A stretch of DNA of 63,370 bases, filler included, from Hausera hauseri (Eukaryota), in assembly GCA_046269625.1 (NCBI GenBank). It is 12 parts of 12 records of this genome, joined end to end, with 100 filler letters (N's around TTAATTAATTAA, not from the genome) between each part and the next. Parts side by side here need not be neighbours in the genome. Positions count along the whole stretch, not along the records: positions 30,381 to 36,831 come from JBJURY010099875.1; positions 36,932 to 42,539 come from JBJURY010221741.1; positions 42,640 to 46,972 come from JBJURY010631774.1; 9 more parts are not named here. One strand, 5' to 3'. The notes beneath the pieces are model-generated. The model worked only from the letters and a program-made list of their open reading frames with translations. It was not told the origin of the DNA and made no database searches. Below, one piece after another: positions 35,447 through 47,072 of the stretch (the first letter of the stretch is position 1; every line of letters begins with the position of its first letter). A program made the position numbers and the translations under genes.

Positions 35447-36035
35447 ACACCTCTGATTGAAAATGTCTGTTCATACACGCATGTCATCGGTACATTGTGT
35501 AAAGTCGGTGATCAAGTATCCGTGTGGCTCGGTCAAAGCATCATAATATGCATCTATCAAGTAGGCTCGGTTGTGAGGAAATGCTTGTCGTGCAACATAA
35601 TCAATGACAGTCTGATCATGGAGATTTTTGAACAACACTAAATAGTGTACTTTTAGATTTCTTGTTCAATGTTGTCCGCCCCGATGAAACATGTTTTGCG
35701 TAATGAAAATAACCGTCATACCACGGTGTCGTGCAATCTTCGTGAACAGGTTGTTGAAGTCCGATTGCTTCGTTGCCTCTTGAAATAAATCGTCGATGAA
35801 AATAACGTCACCGTTGCGTAAACTCTGATCAGTTCTCATCAAACCCATCAATTATCGTTATCGATTTCAGTTTAAAAAATTCCCCATGTGTCAAACCGGA
35901 CTCACCATCATCACCAACACCTTGATGCCAGTGAATGTGATTGTACGTGATGAATAGAACATGTTACGGTAGTTCTGCAATAGTTTGCACAAAGTGTTTT
36001 GCCACTTCCACTGGAGCCTACAAGAGGAAAATTGC
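35440..36035 (-). pseudogene. Polinton A32/FtsK-like packaging ATPase
   Basis: LVGSSGSGKT (Walker A), IFIDDL (Walker B), LFTKIARHRGMTVIFITQN, HYLVLFKN, PHGYL..D; frameshifted. Confidence 0.88.
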
Positions 36036-36037
36036 AG

Positions 36038-36400
36038 TGTCGTATTATGGGTTTTTGCAAACCAATCACAGCTGACAACACTAACAGTAAACTACTACCA
36101 TGCGCAATTGTCATTGACCAAATTCAATCAATAACGGTAACGACCCAGTTAGACTGCTCATCAATCAATTTGTACAAATTAGCAATGGCCACTGAATGTA
36201 CGTATGAACCCGAACTGTTTCCTGCACTGAGACTGACATCGTTTTGCCCACTTTATTTCAATGTGTTTAGCCGTTGAAAAATTTTTGTACTCGGTATTCG
36301 AACAATGGACTATGAACCGATTATTAATCAAATTAAAAACCACATATGTTTTAGTGAATCAAAATATTTACTCTGCACAACAAACTATAAATACCATTCC
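36038..36400 (+). pseudogene. TATA-binding-protein-like gene fragment within the Polinton
   Basis: CRIMG...IQSITVT...INLYKLA...YEPELFPALRL...FNVFS(R*)KIFVLG resembles TBP repeat 2 (YEPELFPGL...IF.SGKV.LTG). Confidence 0.7.
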
Positions 36401-37214
36401 CATGCTCATTCAGACATTACAGCTATGGAAAACGATGATAATACGATTCAACTCAATGATGGTGATGGTGGTGGTGACAATAATGAAAGTTCAGATAGGT
36501 CGTGGTTATTTGGCTACAAAAAGGTCAATTCTAATATAAAATTGCTGGAAACGAAAACAGAACCTGTCCAACAATTAGAAAACCTTCGGCAATTGTCTGG
36601 AGGACGATTATTATGTGGATTATCTGGAAACGAAAAAGGAACTTGCTCCGAAATCATCAAAACCGATGTTAAAAAGGCAAAATGCAATGACCGGAATACG
36701 TAAAAGAAAATCAAAACCGTCGTGTCAGACATTTTTACGAAACGAATTTTTCGCAAGTATGAAATGCATTTTCTGCAAACGCCCGTACTGATTTCATTAA
36801 ATGATCCCGTGTCTCTATGTGTACCCAAGTANNNNNNNNNNNNNNNNNNNNNNNNNNNNNNNNNNNNNNNNNNNNTTAATTAATTAANNNNNNNNNNNNN
36901 NNNNNNNNNNNNNNNNNNNNNNNNNNNNNNNAAAAAATTTGTCGAAAAGAAACTGTAGAAAAAGTGCAAAATTGACACATTTTTTCTGCTGTAGCACAAC
37001 AAGGCAAATGACTCATACACTGTTCGACGCAGAATTAAATTCTGAACAAGATAGAAATTTCAAAAAAATTTTTGCTAGTAAGGAAAAAATTTTATCGATA
37101 ACATAAAAAATTTTCCCACGGGCCAAAAATTTTCCCACGCTCAATGCTTTCTTTCCCTGTGGGGGTCTGATCTCATACACTCACATCTACCTACTTACTA
37201 CTAGATATTTCTAG

Positions 37215-37667
37215 TCAATTCGGATTACACAAACCACAAGGATTAACCAATTCCGGAGAAGACGAATGATCGAGACCATTGGAATTAATCATATTGCAAT
37301 ATTGCTTCAAGCCAATTTCATCTGCTGACTTCCACGTAGAAATGTAATCTGTCTGACTAATACCACTACGTTTGACAAAATCGGTCATGAATTGACGAGG
37401 ATTATTATTATCGTCCAAAGTCGTCGTCATTTTTCCACCAAATGTGCAAAAAATCTTACAGAATAAAAATTCCATATCACCAACAACCCGCTTCATATGG
37501 CGTAAGTAGGGTTCTCGTGCCCTCCAATTCTGCTCAGCAAGTAGAAGTAGCTCTTCCGGAGATAAATATCGAGCATTGTCGAAAGGTCGATCCAGATTGT
37601 ACAGGTGGCTCCGGAGGCCGTCGAATGAGTGGTATAAGCTAATAAGTTGTGTCGTCAAGTGAGACAT
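37215..37667 (-). CDS. Hypothetical Polinton-associated protein
   Basis: Intact 150-aa ORF with upstream TATA-like sequence, divergent from the pPolB unit. Confidence 0.4.
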   Translation of the reverse strand: MSHLTTQLISLYHSFDGLRSHLYNLDRPFDNARYLSPEELLLLAEQNWRAREPYLRHMKRVVGDMEFLFCKIFCTFGGKMTTTLDDNNNPRQFMTDFVKRSGISQTDYISTWKSADEIGLKQYCNMINSNGLDHSSSPELVNPCGLCNPN

Positions 37668-38016
37668 TGTATAATCTTATGAGGAGAAGCATAAGTATTT
37701 ATACAGCAATGTAGCTTGAACACACACACAAACACTATAAAAATATGTAGCGAAATTATATATTTGTGGTTAAATACGATCAATCAACTTTTTCATTACA
37801 ATACAAAGCGAAGCAGTAAATACAAATCCAATGAGTAAATTAATTTGTCGTTGTTGTTGTCGTTTTCATCTCATTTCATCCTCGATACGTTTTACGAACA
37901 GAGATCTGACTATAAATTCAATATATTCTCGCCTGCTCATTATTCTCGTTTCTGACAGTTCACAGGTACTGAACATCAAACACATGGCCGATTAAATGTC
38001 ATTGGTCAATCTTTGA

Positions 38017-38697
38017 ATGTCACTTTCTATGTATTCTTCCATCTGTTTTACTTGTGACATTGATTCTGAGAATGGCAAATATTTGTTGCTCATTCAGAAA
38101 TGCAAACATTATTTCATGTATTGCGTATCACGCATACACGTAGCTGAAGAACAGTGCCATCAGCAGATGGCGAAGTATTACGGCGTGGGCACGGACGGCA
38201 ACTATTTGTGTCCAACGTGCAATATTTCAACCCAATGCCCGTACCCCGATTTTTATGAGATGCACATGCATCATCTCTGACCGTTTACACGGTCGAAGAT
38301 GATGCTAGTGCATTGCCCCATGTATCCACGGTACTGTACAAGTACAGTGTACGACTTTGATGGTTGCCATAGTGCAATGGAGTAATACTATGGCGCTACA
38401 ACGGTGCACGGTAAAAGAGCCCATAGTTGTCCCGGTTGTTCAATAGTTGATAAAATCAATTATGAACAATTTTACAATGAGCACCAGGACCACTTAAACC
38501 AGTTTCAGCGGTGGTCTAAAAAACAAATATTAATGGAATCAACAAAAATCAGCAGCATCCATTCAACAACAACAACAATCAGTAGAAAACGTAAGGCATC
38601 AACAAGTCTGGATAAATACATCAGAACCAGTCGCGAGCTGCAAGAGAAGCAGCAGGATCAGCAGGAGCAGCAACAGCAAGAGGAACAGATACAATAG
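38017..38697 (+). pseudogene. Polinton accessory protein with a duplicated Cys/His (zinc-finger-like) module
   Basis: CHQQMAKYYG..CPTC..FYEMHMHHL and CHSAME*YYG..CPGC..FYNEHQDHL. Confidence 0.55.
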
Positions 38698-38756
38698 GAA
38701 TCCGACATTAATGTCAAGTACGATCTGAACAGATCGTACGTGGACATAAAATTGAA

Positions 38757-41700
38757 CATGTCGGCGAAAACAACAACACAATTGAGACATGTTCCGTCCA
38801 GTGCGCAAACGGTTGGAATTGGAAGTAGAGAAATTCCAACACTAACTCTGCAAAGTGCAATATTGTACACTTGCAAAATTTGAAAGTGTTGAAGGTTACA
38901 GGAAACAATGGTACTTGTCACATCGAGCTGTACCATATTTGGAAGATTTTATCGCCAATGTAGGCGAAAAGATGGATGAAAAATTGCCAGCTACAAGGAA
39001 AAGGGTAGTGGATGGCGAATTATATGAATTGTTACCCTCGGCTTTATTATAACAAAATCGAGTGACATAATATATTTGTCTGGACAATCATTTATACAGA
39101 CACATGCAGCTTAGAAACAGTCTCTGGTGGTAGTGAATGTAAAAAATACTAACGATGAATACTGTTTTCTTTACAGTATTCTGGCGGTATGGAAATATGA
39201 TGAAGTGGACAAACATAGTGCATCTCGTCCAAAACAGTATCAGAAATATTTTTCCGAATTGGATTTCGATGAAAGTTGAATGCCGATGAAACTTAAATCC
39301 ATTCCGACTTAAAAACGGCGCAATCCGACACTGGAAATCAGCGTCTTCCGGTACAACACAATCGTAGAAATACTGGCAGATGAAGAAATTTACAAAAATC
39401 CTCATGTGGATATAATCTATCGTAGTTGGAACCCAAATGGCCGCTCAGTAAATTTGTTGCTACTGAAACAAAAAGAAAAGTACCATTACGTTGCAATGAC
39501 AAATGTGGACAGACTACTAAACATATAGTATGACCATTTCCTCCAAAATTGGATACGGTTAAATGGTGTCCTGTATGTCTTCATGGATTCAAATCGGAAA
39601 CAACATGGGCGAAACATGCGACTCTGTGCAGACAAAATTCGTCGGGAACAACAGTGCATGTCATAACCGTCAAACAGGAACTCAGGTTCACTGACTGGTC
39701 AAAAACAGAGTCCGACATATGTAGTATATGTCGATATCGAAGCTATCTTACCACGGCACAACATGTGACCAAAAACATGTTACAGTCGTCGCCGGTATGT
39801 TGGTTGTCCCAATAAAAATCGCAGATTAACGTCAATATTATGTTTTCCACGGATGGAATTGTATACGCGATTTCTTGCAGCGGTTGCAAACCATAATAGA
39901 AACTGAAATCGCATTCTGGTACAGTAGAAATAGCAATAAACCCTTTATGTAAACAGATGAAGATGAACGCCTGATGTTGCAGTCACAGATGAATGTTACC
40001 TGTGCCACAAAATATTACCGTTCGACGCACTGGAACGGCTCATACCGGATCACGATCATTTTACTGGTTGAAATCTCTGAGCAGCATGTAATTCATGCAA
40101 TTTGGCAAGGCATGCGCGGCCATTCTTACTGATGGTATTTCATAACTTCAGGGGTTATGATTGTCACCATATTTTGAAATGGGCAATAAATGGATTTCCG
40201 CACTGGGAACTATCCATAATCCAGACTACGATGTGGAAATAACTGTCACTGTCTCCTCATACAAACCACATCCAGGTACGCTTCCTTGATTCATTGCAAT
40301 GACTCAATGAATCATTGACAAAGCTAATAAATGCCTTGCTAGATGTGCCGCTAGCACTGACGCAGTTCCCCGCACATATTGCACACGGCGAAAGCATATT
40401 TCCGTATGACTTCGCAACATAGCATGAGCGACTCCGGACAGCAGAGGAATTACCGCCGCGATGGACAGGTATCGCAGAGGATGAATACAGGAAAGCACAG
40501 AGGTGTTGGACAGACCTCGGCTGTAGAAACATGTTGAAATACGTGCTCCAGTATCTGAAACTGGACGTGTATTTATTAACCTGTGTTCCAAGCGTTTCGA
40601 GTGGAAGCGTTGGCTGAAGATAGGCTGGAGCCACTCAACTTTTATTCCATACCGGGAATGAGTTGGGCGTCAGCTGCAAGACCCGGAAATGTACCGAATA
40701 ATTGATGTTGGTATTCGCGGCGGCATGACATTAGTCAACAAGCTTCAGGACAGTGCTACCGATACCACATCACTGCTGTATATTGATATTAATAACATGC
40801 ATGGCTGGGCGCTTTCAAAACCTTTTCCGTACGGTTCATTCGAATGGGTTGTCGACAGACAGGATCTGGACGACATAATAATCAACCTACCACGACCAGA
40901 CATGACAGACTTAGTCGGATACCTGATGGAGGTCGATCTCGTGGTACCAGATGAGCTGCATGACTTTTGGACGACTTACCGGTGGCACCATTTAACCAAT
41001 ATCCGCCATGCTCAAAAATAAAGAAACTGCTCATGACGCATGAACCGAAGCTGAATTATGTGGTCCATTGTCGTCTGCTACAGTTCTACATGCAGCTCGG
41101 TGTTCGCGTCATACAGCTGCATCGTGCAATCCGATTTGCTCAGACTTGCATATTCAAGGCGTACATAGATGGAAATTGGGAGAAATGAGCCGCAGCTTGT
41201 ACAAAGTTCGAAAAGGACTACTACAAATTGAAAAACATTTCTCTGTACGGAAAAACAGTGGAGAATTTAGAAAAGCGGCTTGATGTACGCGTACGCAATA
41301 GCGAAAAGCGGTTGGTCACGTACACGAGGCACAGTTCAGACGGGAAATGCACATTGCCGATGGATTGGTTGCGGTGCTGTTAAACAGAGAAGTCGTTCTG
41401 GACCGGCCAAGTTACATCGGACAAGTAGTATTGGACTTGAGCAAATTGCGGATGTATGAGCTACAGTACCGCGATTTGGCACGTTACCGGCAAATGTTTG
41501 ACGGCTGTGACATTAGTATAATTGCCGGTGACACAGTCAGTTTTTTCCTGCGGCTAAAAAAAGTCAATCGCGGACAGTTACTGCAGCAAATGCAGTCAGA
41601 TGGATTACTGGACACATCCAACTATCCAACGAATCATCCGCTGTACAGCAGCGCGATCACCAACAAAATCGGTTGCTTCAAGGATGAAAGTGAAGGCAGT

Positions 41701-42018
41701 GTTCAGTATCGGGAATGGATATTCCTACGACCAAAGTACTACAGTCTTCTGACGGACTGTGGACCAAAAATGCGGGAAAAGGGAGTCCAGCTGAGACAGA
41801 CGGAAATCGACCACGGTGATTATTGCCTTATATATGAACAAGCAGCAGCAGCAGCAGCAGCAGAAGGAGATGTTGTGTCTCAAAGAATCATCCGATCAAT
41901 TGAGCACCAGCTGTACACAATAACTAGTGCGAAAGTCGCTTTGTCATGTAACAATGGTAAGCGAAAGTGGGCGGGGCGAAATAAGAGTTGGGCATATGGA
42001 CATTGGCGGCTGAAATAA
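38757..42018 (+). pseudogene. Second Polinton pPolB (type with EndoVII/HNH insert)
   Basis: CPVC..H..C zinc finger, VVYVDIE, CYLC..DHDHFTG..CNSCN, FHNFRGYD, GIRGG, YIDINN, K.KN.SLYGK, YIGQVVLDLSK..MY, GDTVS, RPKYYS; frameshifted. Confidence 0.9.
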
Positions 42019-42639
42019 ACGCACGTCCAAACAATTGGTGCTCTGTCGGTTCAGACAAATCAGTTCAGTTCAGTTCAGTTACTGTAACAATCGTTGACAA
42101 TTATCCGATGTATATTGTTTTTTATATTTCAATAAAGTATTTTGTTCAGTGTCTTTTGTTTTTTGTTTTCCGTTACTTACTTAACCTATTATTATTAAGA
42201 TAGAAGTAAAAGTAAAACAAGTACCTTGCACGAGAAAACAAAATATTTAGCACGAGTGCATTTATTGATCGGAGAAAAACTAAAATCAAAAAACAGTCAG
42301 TTAAATCATAGTAAGCTTCCCCACTTTCCATATTGGGAATTTGACGCCATTCCTTTCCTTGAATCCTTTGAGCTTCAGTGTCAGGTAGCCTTTAGCTCCT
42401 TCCGGTGGCAGAACTGCTGCTGCTGCTTCTGTTTCTCCGCCATGTGAACTGATAATTTTCGTCATATTTCCTTTGAGAAAAATCGACGATGTATCTCGGA
42501 TATCGTTACTCAACGCCAAATCACTGTCAACTTTTCTAANNNNNNNNNNNNNNNNNNNNNNNNNNNNNNNNNNNNNNNNNNNNTTAATTAATTAANNNNN
42601 NNNNNNNNNNNNNNNNNNNNNNNNNNNNNNNNNNNNNNN

Positions 42640-43361
42640 CCATAAGTTCGAGTCAAAAGCGCAGTTACAAGGAGAGTCTCCTCATATGAACCATGAGTGT
42701 AGTTTACGTCAAATAAGTAAGTTCCGTTATCGAATTTCTTATTCAGAAAGGTTTCCAATAAGAGAAATCGTTTGAATATTATTACGTGGTGTAATGGTGT
42801 ACTGCGTAATTGTAATTGGAAGATTGCTTGAAACACCTTATTATCCTAGGCATAATAGAATATTAAAATTGCGAGATTATGTCGACCATGTCGTATAGCA
42901 AGTAATAAGGGGATATCTCCGTCGACATTGGGTATATGTAACGGTGCTTGCGATTGAATGATCATAAGTATGAAAAAGTCATGGCATTCGCTCATAATAG
43001 TTAATTGGATGATAGTGTTACCATTCATATCGTGGAATTTTAGCGCTTCCGATGCTTCATCGACTAATTGAGTTATATCTTCTCTGGCTATTTCCTCGTT
43101 TCCTAGTGCTACTGATAGCATTAATGGAGTCGTTCCGGCGTTATTGATCGTCGTATATTCTATTGGATTTGCTGGTTCATCAATGCATCCCAGCATATAA
43201 CGTTCCGCTTTGGGTAGGATTTGTTCTTCATGGGTTTCGACGTAAGGGTAGTATTCTTCTTCCTTAATAATTGATAACCATTTTTCGTCACCATAAATTT
43301 TAAAATCATATTCTAATTTGGTCAGAAGAATTTCTAATGGTCTGGTGTAACCAAGTGTTGG
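42640..43361 (-). pseudogene. Ankyrin-repeat domain, cytoplasmic part of the accessory polyprotein
   Basis: NNAGTTPLMLSVALGNEEIA, DMNGNTII, NVDGDIPLLLAIRHGRHNLA, STPLHH. Confidence 0.8.
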
Positions 43362-45050
43362 TCAATGACGGAATATGTTTCTCCTCTCGTGTTTACGTTT
43401 ATATACACATATAGCGATGATTGTTGCTATAACAAGTATAATACCAATGGGTAACACTATTACTATTAGCAGGAGTATATTATAATTTGACTGAAGTCGT
43501 TGAAATGGTTCGCCTGATGGTAATATGACGTTAAATGTGTCATTATCTTTAGTGGAGTCCGTAGATATTCTAAATATAAATTTTCCTCTTTTCATTATTT
43601 CGTTGAGTGTAGGAAATTTAAATAATGAATTTACTCCCTTTCTAAGTGTAGTGACTTCTAATAAAGCAACCGTTTTTGGTTTTCGTAATGAATCATAGTA
43701 AAGTAACTGAATATGGGCTAGATAAGGGTAACCTGATATAAACTGAGCACACTCAACATATGTGTTGGTAACTAGAAAACAGGCGTCATTTGTATTTTCT
43801 AATGTAACGATAAAGTCAGGATTTGGTAAACTGAATATTATACGATCATATCTCACTTGTATATAAATGTCTAATAGTTTGAAAGGAATAATCTAAATTC
43901 GTTCTGTGGTTTGTCTTAATCCTGCTATTAGGTAAGGGATTTGATTATGAACCGATTAATGAAAACTGCTTAGCCAAAAGGCGTTTGGAGATGATGATTG
44001 CAATTGCAGTGTAAAAAGTATCTGCCGATTATCGTGTTTCGTACATAATATTAGAGGTCGAGGGATTGTGACCTCTAGAGTATAAACTTCGTCAATATAT
44101 CATTTCGCGGCACATGATAGGGCGTAACTGACTTTACTGATTTGAGGTTCTACCACTAAAACTCAATTTTCATTAAATATCTTTGCTCCGATTCGCTTAT
44201 TATCTTCAGTTGAAGGGGTACATAAAATCATTGATGCTTTTCTTTCTATTCCGGTTATTGTACATCATTATATACCATTTACGACGCGAAACATAGCAAA
44301 TATTAATGAATATTCTTGATCAGGTCGTGCGAATATGCAAGTCGATTGATTATGTTCTCTGGAATAGTAAATATTATTATGTCTGATGGTTGTATCAGCA
44401 TATCGCGTGGTTATTTGCATTATTCTACCTTTTGGAATTTTCCTATCCCATTCGATTGGTAAGCATTTTCTTTTGTAATCGGGTTGCCTTATAAATATTC
44501 TTTTTTCTAAAAATGATCTATTAATCTGCGTTTTCTCTTTCTGTTTGGGCGAATTATCTGTCAGAGATAACGTAACTGTTTTTGGTCTTAACGCTACCAT
44601 AACTTGGGTATTAGACTTCCGTAGAGGAGTGAAGTCTTATTTTTAAACATATGTATCTGCACTGAATAAACAGTTCCAGGCATAACCTTACAACAATTTT
44701 CCTTGTGTGTGGATGTAGACGTATATATCATTTTTTACTTCCCTATAGCGTGTTAGCGTATCCCAATTTTCGTTTATAGTTTTATTATTGTTTATCGCAA
44801 TTCGTGGAGTAAAGGATTTCAACAATAAGTTTTTTCTTGTATGATTATATTGGATGTAGAGATCTCGTGGGGTAGTTCCTTGAATATACCATGGTTCTAT
44901 TTTTGGAATTCTTTTTAAATATTTCATAAAGTCTGAAAATGTATTCGATGATGTCTGGTTAAGTGGATTTGTTGTTTTCTGTGGACTTGCGGCTAGCCGT
45001 GTAGATGAATCTGGTATGCAACAAGCTAATATGCTCATTGGTAGTAACAT
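43362..45050 (-). pseudogene. Accessory membrane module 2 (signal-like segment, Cys/FN3-like ectodomain, TM)
   Basis: MLLPMSILACC, CCKVMPGTVY, YALSCAAK..LC...QILF, TM ILLLIVIVLPIGIILVIATIIAICVY-KRK. Confidence 0.7.
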
Positions 45051-46756
45051 TCAATGAGGTTTTATATCATGTTTGATTTGTAGTGGATGGGTTTTAACAA
45101 GTTTTTTAATTTGTTGTCGGCGTTTAGCATATAGTAATACTGCCAACACTGATATGGAAATGAGGATGACGACGGGTGCGATAATTATTAGTAACAGATA
45201 TTCATCCTCGTATATTGTTGTCATAGTGGATGTTCGGTTCTTCACCAATATCTTATTTTCGTCAACTATTGCTTGTGGTTTCATATGGACGTTTTGTCGT
45301 TTGCCAGAAGTGGTTATATGACAGTGCTATTATCATTTGTTGGTGTATTATCTGTACTATAAAGACATTGGGGTTTGAAATTGTCACAACTGATAGTCGT
45401 ATCCGTAAATAATAAACATTAAACTGTATCATCGTCGAATGATATCATATAATTTTATTAGAGAAGTTAAATACGGAATTTTTATCATTCACTTGATAGG
45501 AAATATTTAAAGGAGTAAATTGAACCATCTAAATATGCTTAGGAAGACGTAGACCGTCATATGATGCGTGTAATGGTGAACTGAGAGCGTTAAAAAAGTT
45601 GTACTTATCCAAAATATATTAGTACAGGGGGATGATAGTTGTAAGGCAATAGTATTTGTTTTTCATTACCTGGTGCACAAAGTCCTGATGGTTCTACATT
45701 AGAATATTCTATTTTATAATCCTCATCATTTCTTAGTTTTGCTGCGCAGGTTATAACGTACGACATATTTTCGGTTTTAGGTATAATTCTTATAATTCCT
45801 TTAGAGTTGTCTACATCTGCATTTATTGGTGAGTCATATTCCGGTATTGGACGGCATTGGTTATTAGCTAATTCATTGTTGTTTTGCTTACTTAAATTTC
45901 CTGCTTTGGATTTTATTGGTTCGATGGTTGTTATTTCCACGGGTATGGTAACAAAGATGGTCCGTCGCAAGGTGATATTATAACCAAATCCTTTTGTTCC
46001 AATGGTAATTTGTGATACTTGAAAGGTTAGGGAATAGATGCGTCCTTGAGCAACCAAACAGCATTTATTTTTCATTAATTCTGAATGTGTAACGCAGATA
46101 GGTCTGTTTACCTAGAACAGTGTCACTGCTTACCATTCTTGTCCTTTCGGTTTACTTACACATGTTATCATCAAACATTTCTTTTCGGTGCTATAATAAT
46201 TAGAGGAAACCTTAAATCTAAGTCATTGATTATCTTTAAATTCGAATCTTGTGTTTTCCGGTAATTTAGCATAATCTCGAAATATAGCACGTAATTCTCG
46301 TCTTTGGGTAAAAGTTGAGATCAGGATTTGAGCCACTTGAGATGCTGGAGTTAATTGCGTCGAGACATTCGTCATAGATTGGGCCAGTATACATAAGAAT
46401 AAAATTGTTGTACTAAACTTTGATTGTATGCTTTGGCCTTTATGGTTTACTGAATCACTTTCGGTATTTTGTTGGTTATCCAATCCAGAAGAACTTTTAT
46501 CTGAGATAAATTTCTCATTTGATGTAAGACTCATATTTTGTTGGTCATTTGATTCTATAGCGTTTTTATCTCCAATGAGCTGATTGTTTACTGTAGAATT
46601 AGCGTCATCCGATTCAGCTGGATGTGTGTCGGTAATGGGTTCCGTTTCTTCATTTGTGTAGGTAAAGCTTTTAGTGGCAATAGGTTCTTCTCCTTCTAAT
46701 ATTGGATCCAACTTAGATTCGTTTTTCGATGTAGGATTTGGGATGAGTTGATGCAA
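45051..46756 (-). pseudogene. Accessory membrane module 1 (linker, signal-like segment, Cys/FN3-like ectodomain, TM)
   Basis: TILFLCILA, CCLVAQGRIY, YVITCAAK..LC...QILL, TM LLLIIIAPVVILISISVLAVLLY-AKRR. Confidence 0.7.
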
Positions 46757-47072
46757 TTTTTTAATATTCTCCTACATTTTGGTTTAAATTTCTTTATCTC
46801 TGGTAGATCTTCGGAATTTATTTTTCTTCTTTTTCAAGTAATGTTTTGTATTAATTATGTGTATATATTTCTGTCAAATATTCCTGATAAGTCACTTTTG
46901 TTACTTGAATTCTTTCTTGTGGCAATTTTACTAAATATTCTACCAAGTAGTCTCTTTCTTTTTGTAATAAATNNNNNNNNNNNNNNNNNNNNNNNNNNNN
47001 NNNNNNNNNNNNNNNNTTAATTAATTAANNNNNNNNNNNNNNNNNNNNNNNNNNNNNNNNNNNNNNNNNNNN

